A stretch of DNA of 64,000 nucleotides from the NCBI GenBank assembly GCA_002189035.1, contig NEEC01000010.1, forward strand, positions 62,001 to 126,000. Reading direction: 5' to 3'. The notes beneath the pieces are model-generated. The model did not search any database and was not told where the DNA came from. It saw only the letters and a list, made by a program, of their open reading frames with translations. The DNA is from Utricularia gibba (taxonomy: Eukaryota > Plantae > Magnoliophyta). Numbering within the stretch: the first letter of the stretch is position 1; each line of letters opens with the position of its first letter. The position numbers were made by a program, and so were the translations under genes. Positions 12,327-22,500 of this stretch are shown here, one piece after another.

Positions 12327-14219
12327 AAATTCAAGATAATTAAGTGTCTAACGTGGTTACCAAACAAGGCTATAATGAGTCCTGTTTTTTTTTTTTTTTT
12401 CCGCAGGAGGGTTGAATCAGCCTAAATATGGGCACTTGAAGGAGCTGCATGATGTACTGCACTCTATAGAGATTCAACTAACAATGGGTAACATCTCCAG
12501 CATTCATTATGGAAAAGCAGTCACGGTAAGTGCTTCACAACCATCAACACCAAAGAATGCTGAGATTACCGCTCAATTTTAGCGGATTATCTGAATCTGA
12601 AAACAGGCAACAACTTTTGCTCTTCAAAATGGGTCCAAGAGTTGCTTCTTTGGCAATGCGCACCCCAAATCTGATGCCACCATAACGTACAACGGGGCTG
12701 AATACCATGTTCCAGCCTGGTCCGTTAGCATCCTCCCGGATTGCCAAAAAGAGATTTACAACACGGCCAAGATAAACACTCAGACAACGTTAATGGCAAA
12801 GAAACCCACTGAGCCCTTGGGAATGAAATGGAAATGGAGACCTGAGGTGATACACGACACTATCTCTCTTGGAAGGGGTGACGTTTCTTCTCATCAACTC
12901 TTGGATCAGAAGGCCTTCAATGATTCTACCGATTATTTATGGTACATGACAAGGTACGATGAGCTCATGCACTTGACCCTGTTTTAATAGCAACCAACTC
13001 ACTCTATCCTGTCCTCTGTTTCTGAATCCTAGTGTCATTTTGCAAGAAAACGACCCTATCTTGACCAAGAATGTGAGTCTTCATGCCCATGGAACTGGAC
13101 AAGTCATGCATGCTTATGTGAATGGCCGTAATGTGGGCTCCATGTGGTCAACATACGGTGTTTCTCAGTCTTTGCTCAGCAACAAAGTAACATTGAAAAA
13201 AGGAAAAAATCAAATATCCCTTCTAAGTGCGACTGTCGGCCTACAGAACTTTGGCCCAAGGTTTGATGTCTGGCCAGATGGCATTGTCGGGCCGGTTCTG
13301 ATAGTCGGTGTGGACGGCGACGAGACCATCATAAAGAACTTGTCGACACATAAATGGACCTACAAAGTGGGTTTGCAAGGGGTTACTGATAGTGGAATGC
13401 TCAACAAATCACCTAAATGGAAGTCGAAAGATTTCCCGATCAACAGGAAAATGACCTGGTACAAGGTACCCTTCATGTGTTACCAATTCAACTTTTTCTG
13501 TGTCACAGAATGATGATGACTTCAAACCTTTTTCTTTCGGGTATCAGACGACATTCAAGAATCCCATGGGCGATGAACCATTGGTGGTGGATTTGCAAGG
13601 GATGGGAAAGGGGTTTGCATGGGTCAACAACAACAATCTAGGTCGCTATTGGCCATCCTACCTGGCAGAAGAAGGCAGCTGCTCCCTTGAGCCATGCGAC
13701 TACAGAGGGACATACAACTACTCTAAATGTGTTACGAATTGCGGCAAGCCGACGCAGAGATTTTACCATGTTCCTCGCTCCTTCCTCAAGGAGGATGGCG
13801 ACACCAACGAACTGGTAATGTTCGAGGAGTTTGGGGGAGACCCGAGCATGGTCAACTTCCGGACGGTCTCTCCCGGCACTGTATGTGGCAGTGCATACCA
13901 CCATAAATACATGCATCTCTCGTGCGAAGGCAGCCAGATCTCAGCCATCAAGTTCGCCAGCTTTGGTGATCCACGAGGAAACTGCGGCTCATTCCAGAAA
14001 GGAACATGTGAATCCGAGAAAGAAGCTCTTCTCGTCCTCCAGGTACCCACTTCGTTAGAGATACACAAAATACATGAATTACACATATTTTTGCTGCTTT
14101 TCTAGGAAGCGTGCATCGGGAGAAAAAGTTGCTTAGTTTTGGCTTCCGAACGAGTATTTGGAAAGACCAATTGTAGCACGGTCACAGCATTGAAGCTTGT
14201 GGTGGAAGCTCTGTGCTAG
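10388..14219 (+). CDS. BGAL: Beta-galactosidase, GH35, with signal peptide and C-terminal galactose-binding lectin domain; ~825 aa once one frameshift is corrected; BGAL7/15-like
   Basis: Exons 10388-10555, 10657-10932, 11032-11130, 11194-11336, 11429-11517, 11643-11748, 11870-11957, 12407-12525, 12607-12953, 13033-13465, 13548-14042, 14106-14219, all GT-AG. Motifs [45 protein letters not shown] (acid/base Glu), WTENWTGW (nucleophile Glu), [35 protein letters not shown]. 1-bp deficit at C-run 11324-11326. Confidence 0.95.
12289..12322. repeat. (AT)17 microsatellite in BGAL intron 7
   Basis: Read directly. Confidence 0.95.
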
Positions 14220-14284
14220 CTAGAATCCCTTTATAATGATGGGAAGGGATTCAGTCTTTTTTAATAAAACTGCCTTTATATTTA

Positions 14285-15300
14285 GTTAGAGGTTTTGTTA
14301 AATCTACATAAATAGTTACTTCAGATATTTTATAACTGCTTTGAATTGCCTTTATATCACTTTGATTTGTCAATGAAATATAGTAAAGTTTCTCTTTGCA
14401 ATCTGCTGTTTTTTGTTTCTTAAACTTCAAAGCTGCCAAGGTTTAGCTATTATTTGGTTTCTTTTTGGATTTTTGGATTTTTGGATTTTTTCTCTTGGCC
14501 CCTGTCACCCTCTGATATTCAATGACTCATGTGTGGCTTCTATACTGAAATCCTTTGACGATCCTCCTATTTTCAATGGTCAGAATTATTCATAGAGGAT
14601 AGTTCTTATATCAACCTGTGTAAAAGGTCAAAAGGTTTGATTGGTTGTCTTTGAAGCCGATGAGCCTTTGGATTCTGTGAATGTAACTCCTACAAAAGCA
14701 CATACTCACAATGAAGATGTTGCTCGGTATTATAGAGCTCTCGATGCCATATTTTTGCTATTGATACTTCTATTTTTACCCCAACTATGAATTGTACCAC
14801 TCCCAAGGAAGTATGGGACCAAATTACTTAAACTTTTCAAGGTTCTGCAAAGAAAAAAAAATTGATATTTTGACTCTAACAGTTTGCAACAATAAAGATG
14901 AAGAAATAAAATAAAGTCAAGGATTATTGATTGTCTTTATGTTATCACCAACTAGATTAGCTTTCTTGGTGATAAATTTGATAATCAACTTATTCATAGC
15001 TTTCTGGATGATAGATTAGCTTTCTTGGTTACAAAAAATGTTAATCTGAAGGTTGATGAATTGGTTTCCACTTTACAATATGTTTACAAATCTTTGACAA
15101 CTAATGAAGCAAAGCAACACTCACAGAAATGCGATAGAAAGGAAAGGGGAAGAAATATAAAGGAAAATCTTATGACAGAAAGTTCCCTCCTCGTCCTATT
15201 GTAAAAAGACTAATAATATAAAGGAAAGTGTTCATAATTTGGGCACATGGAGAAGATTCGTCCGTGGAACTATTCTCAAGCGAAATTAGTTGAAGCTAAG
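14285..15300 (+). mobile_element. Copia-A 5' part: short LTR (14285-14429) plus decayed gag
   Basis: The LTR block aligns with 35303-35424. gag peptides PPIFNGQNYS and IFTPTMNCTTPKEVWDQI match the Copia gag N-terminus. Many stops. Confidence 0.65.
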
Positions 15301-15589
15301 GGACCAGAATTATCACCAAAATGATGGTGTAGCCTTGGTTTCAATTGGATATGTTTCTCACCAAGCTGATGGTGACGTGAGTTCAGTTTCGATCTTACCA
15401 TTCATTTATCCAAAGGTTGCTTCATTGACAACTATTGTATAGTCACATAATGGATAATAAGGATTATTTCTCTGTTAGTGACACTACATCTATTTTTCAT
15501 AATAATAGATTTATGTAAAAAATAATAAAAGTACAGGTATTCAAATAAAAAATAAGAAATTACGAGTAATCACGGATGGAAGATTCTAA

Positions 15590-17080
15590 GGCCGTGTTTG
15601 GTAATAGTTTTAGTAATATTAGTATAATTTATATCAGATAAAAATTATCCCTCCTATAAGTACACATTATGTTTGGTAATATGGAATTTATAGGTTGGAA
15701 TAAGATATCCCATAAGTTGTTTGGTAGACATATATTAGATTACTTTTTACAGATTTTGAACAAAGACATTTTTACCGTTCTACATTTTTCTTATATGAGT
15801 AGGGTTCTTGGCTTCAGCTCTTCAATCATTCTCCAATTTTCTGTGCGAAATGAGCACGTCACACACAGAGAACAACAATGGTCAATCGAAATCGAAACGT
15901 GGGTGGAGCATTGAAGAAGAACGTCTTCTTGTTATCGCTTTCAAGGATATTATTGACAGTAGGTGGAAGAGTGAAAATGGTTTTAGAAATGGGTATTATG
16001 TAGCTCTTGAGAAGATGATGAAGAAATACAAACCCACTTCAACTTTGACAGCTATTCCACACATTTCTTCGAAAATCAAGATCTGGAAAAAGGAATACTA
16101 CATGATCATGGACATTCTTTCTCGATCGGGAATAGGGTGGAATAGCACAACAAGGATGTTAGAAGCACCAGACGAGATATGGGATGAACTGGTATTTTCT
16201 AAGAAAGTTCCTACTTTTATTAGTTTGTGACTATTAGGAATCCATTCTGCTAATTATTTGGGAATCATTGCTGATATGAATTAGTTTAATCATATGGTTT
16301 TTGTAATTGTTTTAGAATCCATTTTATGGGAGTTCTTACATTTTTTTATATGTTATTTGTTGTAAGTGTTTGAGAAAAGCTATCGCGAGTATTGAATTTT
16401 GTTTTTAGGCAACCATCAAGGGACTGAAAGGCTTGAGAAATAAGGTATGACCTTTTTATGAAGATTGGGTAGAGATTTTCGGAATAGATCGTGCTACCGG
16501 GAAAGATGAAGTGGCTCATGAGGAAGCTGCCAACCGTGCATCCACTGAAGTCGAAGGCAATAACTATCATGCCAATATGAACAATGAACCAGAATCACCA
16601 ACAACTCAAATATCAGCTTTTGTGCCAATTTCAGAAGAAGAATCATCTGCTCTTAATGGTGATGCTGCTGAGAACAGTGTAGGGTCACACAAGAGGAAAT
16701 TTAACAAGATACAAAGAGAGGATGAACTTAATGGAGAACTTATTGGAGAATTAAAAGCAATGCGTAAAGGATCAGATGCTATCATTGAACTTATACAATA
16801 AAAATTGATGACACTTGTTAATGCTCAATTAAAGCAACAAAATGAGGCTATATCCATCCTTCGTAAAATGGACATGTTATTGACACCCATTCAGATTGTG
16901 CATGTGTCTCAGGTATACTCTTACACAACTCTCATCATTTTTAATATCCCTATTGACAGATAATTAAATCAGTTTTCTTATGTTTAGCTTGTGTTGAAGA
17001 CGCTTGCAGACGTGCAATTGTTTTTGTGCCTCTCAGATGATGAGCGTAGAGCATTGGTCCAACAACTTGTCAGGGAATAG
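15590..17080 (+). mobile_element. PIF/Harbinger remnant 1: left TIR plus Myb/SANT-like ORF1 pseudogene, no transposase seen
   Basis: TAA|GGCCGTGTTTGGT terminus at 15587-15602. Exons ~15850-16191, 16409-~16911 and 16988-17080 encode RGWSIEEERLL...WKSENGFRNGY...GIGWNSTTRML...KGLRNKV*PFYEDWVEIFGIDRATG. Premature stops at 16448 and 16799. Confidence 0.8.
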
Positions 17081-17700
17081 ATTTTATCAATGGTGCAATA
17101 TTTTTTTGGGCAGCATCATCCGTTGGTGCTCTTCAAGACCACGGAAAGGATCAATTCATCCGACTTCTTACATGCACTATAGACATTATATAGTTTTGAA
17201 ACATCATAGTTTTGAGCTCCAAAAAATATATATAGAGAGTTGTCAATGTAGATAACAATTTCCCTTGGTTCAAGTGGTGTATCATCCATTATCTTTTTGT
17301 CTTATTCAGTTCACAAACACCTTGACTCCTAAAACTAAAACATAATAATAGGTTCGTATGAAAATTCATAAAAGTAGACCACACTTGCAGCATAACATCA
17401 CCCGAAGAATAATGAGTTGGACGTTATCATATTTTCTAAATTTTTGTTATTCTGTTTTAGCATATAAATCTATTAAGTTATAGTTTAAGAAACAAGTGAA
17501 CCTAATATATGTCTACATCAAAATTTAATAATTTATTTTTATGTGAATAATATACAACATATATTTTATTCTCGAATAATTTCATAAATTGGAATTTTTT
17601 TAATATCAACTTTTGTTTTATTAATATGTTTTACAATTAAAACAACGTTCAACATAAACTTTGATTTATGTATTTAAATTCACGTATTAAATTATTTTAT

Positions 17701-17884
17701 ATTAACACTACCTACGAAATAAGTAATTTGGTAAGAGTCCTCTACACAAATGTGTTGGACTCCTACCACATTACTTATTTCGTAGGTGCCATTAATGTGG
17801 GATACACACAGGCGTGGTTTATGTATAACTTATGTCCGTGTGTTGGATTTCTACCAAATTACTTATTTCATAGGTAGTATTAAT
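17701..17884. repeat. Long inverted repeat (MITE-like or CACTA-end-like) with a duplicated right arm
   Basis: Left arm 17706-17740 starts CACTACCTACGAAAT. It is the near-perfect reverse complement of 17757-17786 (28/30 over the core) and of 17845-17879. Flanks are ATTAA...TTAAT. Confidence 0.8.
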
Positions 17885-17959
17885 ACATGATACACATGGG
17901 TAGAGGTGAGTTCGGTTTGAACCGAAACCGTGGTTCATACCGAAACGTTTGGATATATT

Positions 17960-18300
17960 CGGTTCCAGGCACCCACATGAGCAAAGATGGGTGCCTGGAA
18001 TTTGGTTGCAGACTCGCAAACACCCTCCCAAGATACCCATATGAGAGAAGTGGGTGTCTGGAAAACTGTCTCAAATACCCCTTCCGAGACACCCATATCA
18101 GAGAAGTGTGTGCCTGGAAATGATCTTACCCACTCTTCCCAGACACCCACACAATGCATTATTTTGTAGGTGCCGTCCAACTCTCTTTCCCGACACCCTC
18201 CCGAGGCACCCAAATGAGGGAAATGGGTGTCTGGAAATGGTCTCACCCACTCTTCCTAGACACCAACACAATGCATTATTTTGTAAGTGCCATCCAAAGT
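17960..18300. repeat. Array of six 54-64 bp palindrome-containing monomers with a 117-bp higher-order repeat
   Basis: G(G/A)CACCCA-like stems start at 17968, 18032, 18088, 18142, 18205 and 18259, each closed by a (T)GGGTG(C/T)C-like arm. caatgcattattttgta occurs at 18152 and 18269. Confidence 0.85.
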
Positions 18301-18785
18301 ATAACTAAGGATCGAATGCTAATAAAATTAAAAACTAAGAAACTTTCATATTTATCATATGGTTTAATAAATAACATATTTAAATTATTTATATTTTTAG
18401 TAAACATATGTCATATGATTATAAAAATATATTTTTTAATTGTTGCATCTCGCATGTTCTCGTGTGCTTAGAAATAAATATGATTTATAAAAATGCTGAT
18501 AATATTCTTAAGTTCACTTTGCAACGACATGTTCTACCATGTTTAAAAATAACAAATGTTCAATCTTGGATATGATAGTTAACAGAAACACAAAAAGCAA
18601 ATGCCTATCTATTCATATACTCATTCTACATAATTGTTGCAAGCTCATCACGCCATGTACACCACCCTGGAGAGGTTTCAACAACTGTTATGAACTCACC
18701 AGCCCCTTGCTCAGCAGATTCAATAAAATTCTCTAACACTTCAGCTTCCTACGGATCATATGCCATATTCATTCTTACGAAATTG

Positions 18786-18820
18786 TTTAGGGTTTAGGGT
18801 TTAGGGTTTAGCCCCTAAAC
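18786..18820. repeat. Short interstitial telomeric repeat
   Basis: (TTTAGGG)x3, then TTTAG, then CCCCTAAAC. Confidence 0.85.
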
Positions 18821-19149
18821 TCAATTGTAAGTCCTATATACAAACAAGATTAAACAAAGAGTTTTTGTTGGAAAGTGAATTTCTATTCTAAAAAAATTAG
18901 TAAAAATTCATAAAATAGCTTCTACCCTAAAAACAGACTACAAAAAGAGTAGATCACCAAGTCTAGAAATTTAAAAGCAACATCTCACTTAGTTCAAAAA
19001 CTAATCATGCTTAAAAGTAATTTAAACACCCTCAAGTCACTTTTTCGATTGAAGCGTGAAAATAGTAAAGAGAGAAAAAAGCATGCTGGGTTAGGAAAGA
19101 CATTCAAACAAAGTACACATTCTAGCAGGAAATGTAAACTAAACTAGCA

Positions 19150-19526
19150 GGGTATGAAAATACAGAAATAAAATATATAAAATAAAAAGTTCTTTCAGTT
19201 TTCCAAATCAGTTCTTGTGTGCATGTTAGTTTCTTCTTCTCGTCAAACTAGTTCTAAAGGTTTGCTGGGAAGGTTCTAAGTACTCTACTGCTATTCTAGG
19301 TGATGGAGGTGGTTTCAATGTCACTTTAGAACAGCTTCTGACCTCTTCTTTGCATAGGAAAGTTTCTATTCTATAGGGCTCCAGGTTTTGGAGAAGTTCC
19401 ATTGTCACACTGGAATTGTTCTTCCTTTGTATTCTTCCCTTAAACTTGTTGAAATTCACTAGAAAATTCCCTTCCAGTGTCGAAAATCTCTGTTCTCTCT
19501 CTACTCGATCGTGCCTGACAACATCA
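19150..19526 (-). mobile_element. Partial LTR of the Athila-A LTR family
   Basis: Diverged direct repeat of ~24890-25250, with shared ctctactcgatcgtgc, cttcctttgtattcttccct and aaacttgttgaaa blocks. Minus-strand start TGATGTTG at 19526, like TGATGTTG at 25608. Confidence 0.7.
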
Positions 19527-22500
19527 TACTATCCTACAATGACAAAAGACTCGTCTTTGAGTCTTACCCACAATCGAGACTAAACAATTGACTTTGGCTG
19601 AATTCTCAGTATATCCAAGCATCTAGTATAACAATAAGCCATATAAATCAAAGCTCATTAGAAATCAAAAGTAAGGTCAATGCTCTTGCAAGGCTCAAGA
19701 GTGACACCCCTCAGTGTGCTTAAGCCATCTATTTTCAACTCAGGTATCCTATCACCTAATTCCCAACTAGACTCAAACCAACTATGTTCCCAACTCTAGT
19801 CTATAATAGTTACACCATTTTTTTTTTGAACGAAACTCTAGAGGCCCTCAAGACAAAGATTCAACAGTCACACCATTTTTCTTCTTCTTTTTTTTTTCTT
19901 TTTTGAATGAAACTCTAGGGACCCCCAAGACGAAGATTCATTGCCTCTCTTTATCACTTTACACCTTATATCTCTTACCCGTATTCCTCCAAGACACTAA
20001 TTCCCCCTTTGGAGTTTCCCATTCCATTACATTTTACAGCACAACTTTTTTTTTTGTTTTTTCCCGTTTTTTTGCCTCTTTATTTATTTAATATTTTTGT
20101 TATTGACTGACTGATGGACACACAATGACATAAGTCTAATCGGGAAGTGGTTCTAGTGACCTACAGAAAATGATGGACTGCACATGCTAGGGGATCATAC
20201 TTAAGACTGCCGCTCAACTTTCTTTAGAAAGAAAATAAGAAGTGAAGATCAGAATGCTCTAGACCTCGCAAACGGCTAAGGTATGCCCACTATTTGACTA
20301 GACCCTCAAACACTACCGACGATTCAGCCAAACCAATGATAGACTCTTTCCTAAGTTGACGCACTTACATAAAAAATGTAAAACATCATAAAAAGTTTTT
20401 AGAAAATAAACAAGTATAAACAAAAATAAACTGTCCAAAATATACCTGACCATATGAGTAAGTTCAGAGATTGAGTTTGATTACCTCCTTAGGCTGCTCT
20501 TGCCTGAGATGCGTAATTTGCTGTTCCAACATCGCCACTACTTCTTTGTTCACCATAACAGTGCACCTGCAGAGTTTCTTCTCTTCCTCCTTTGCTATTG
20601 TCACTGCTATGGCTTCTCTTGTGATTTGCACTTGGTGAAAATCCTTATACTCACTCTTCTTCTGCTGGGGGATTCCGAAAACATGATATCCCCCTCTTCT
20701 CTGAATAATCCCTATATTTGAAGAAGGTGATATCTATGGGGAGACTGAGTTCTCCAAAGTGCAAGTTCATCTTGGTTAAAATAGAGTTTCAACACAATTG
20801 AATTGCAATTAAAGTAATTAAATGTCCAAATCAGACAATTCTGGAAACTTACATAAAAGAAAAAGATAGCATAAAAAGAAGCAATAAAGTACATAAAATA
20901 AATATAAATTAAATTTGGGGAACTCCCACCAATGCCCTAGTTATTTCTGGTCAAGGGCAGGACTTTCATGATATGCTAATCACATTCTGTAGTGGGGGAG
21001 AGACTCTCTCCCTTTCCTCCATGTTTGTCATTTGGATCTGTCTCAAGATAAAGTTTCAGCTTGTGACCATTTACAGTAAAGGGGTTAGCATCATAATTTC
21101 TATCAAATAATTCAACAGACCCAATGCATAGATTTCACCACAAATGGCCCTTCCTATTTCAATTTCAACTTCCATGGGTAGAGTTTGAACATGGAATGAT
21201 ATAGCAATAACTTTTGTCCTAGCTCAAATTCCTTCTTCTGAATTCTGTTGTCATGATAGCGCTTTGTCTGTTCCTTGAAATGGCGTGAATTGTTGTAAGG
21301 AGTTTGCCTCATTTCCATGAGCTCCTGCAATTGAAATTTGTTAACTTTGCTATTTGCATTCGCATTATCAGTCAACATCTACACTGTCCATTTGGTCTTG
21401 TGCTCCAACTTGACTAGTAGATGACAATTCTTACCATAAACAACCCTAAACGAGGTCATGCCTTATTGGAGTTTCGTAAGCAGTTCGAATATCTCAAAGT
21501 GCTTCATCCAGCTTCTAACTCCAATCTTTCTTGGACAAATTAACAGTTTTTCCCGACACTTGCTTAATCTCATGATTGGATACCTTTTCTTGCGCATTAG
21601 TCTAAGGGTGATAAGTATTTGAAGGCTTATACTATACTCCATACTTTTTGAGCAATTTTTCCAATATGTCGCTAATGAGTACCTTTGAAACACCATATTG
21701 AGCAAAAATATTTTTCATTAGGAGAAATACTTCAAAACTTTGGTGTCCTATGCAGGAGTTGGAATTATCTCTATTCACTTGAAAAGATAGTCTACACATA
21801 CCAGAATATATTCATAGTCATTTGAATTAGGAAATGGACCCATGAAATCGATTCCCCACATATCGAATATTTTGGTCACAAAAATGGGTTGCAAAGGCAT
21901 TTCATATTTATGGATAATATTACCTACTCATTGGCAAGCATCATGTGCCATGCAAAAGTGAAAATAATCTCAAAAAATCGATGGCCAATAATATCCATAG
22001 TCAAGTACCTTTCTCGCTGTTCTGTTTGGTCCATGGTAACCCCCACATGGTGATGAATGGAAAAATTCAATAACCTAGTTAATCTCATTGTCGGATAAGC
22101 ATCTACTACAACTCTTCCACAAATATGAGTCATCGCATGTATAGTACTTGCTGCCACTTTTCAACTTGAGCTTCTCATGACTCTGCAAGTTTTCATTGAT
22201 CTTCTTTGTAGAAAGAAAATTACCGAGATCAACATACCTGGGTTCCTTAGTCTTATCAAAGAGCGAAATGGTGCTGATTAGGAGAAGTATCAGCTATCTC
22301 ATCTTCATCCTTTTGCTTCTCAATTTGCTCAAGTGACAAGCGACACAATTCTCTTTGCCTGGTTTATCTTTGATTTCCACATCGAATTCCTGGAGTAGCA
22401 CCACCAATCGCAGCAACCTTGGCTTTGTGTTCTGCTTAGACATTAGATGTCAAATAGCTGCATGTTTAGTATGAACAATAATTTTTTCTAGAGCAAAAAC

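Noticed and set aside
12055-12375. Tourist-like MITE in BGAL intron 7
   Set aside because: Only the right end (TACCAAACAAGGC) is TIR-like. The left end and TSD are not convincing.
4615-14086. Antisense and alternate-frame ORFs over TTLL12 and BGAL (e.g. 4615-4971, 5718-6035, 8158-8469, 13638-13916, 13763-14086)
   Set aside because: These are shadows of GC-richer coding exons, with no recognisable motifs or splice structure.
17960-18300. CRISPR array (palindromic repeats plus spacers)
   Set aside because: The linkers are homologous to one another, the repeats are degenerate, there are no cas genes, and the context is eukaryotic. It is a tandem repeat.
18786-18820. True chromosome end or telomere fusion site
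   Set aside because: Only three full repeats, far too short to support this without synteny evidence.
19150-19526. 3' LTR of Athila-A, which would make it a two-LTR element
   Set aside because: It is quite diverged from the 5' LTR, lacks ~350 bp of it, has no adjacent polypurine tract, and no TSD was found. Treated as a separate family fragment.
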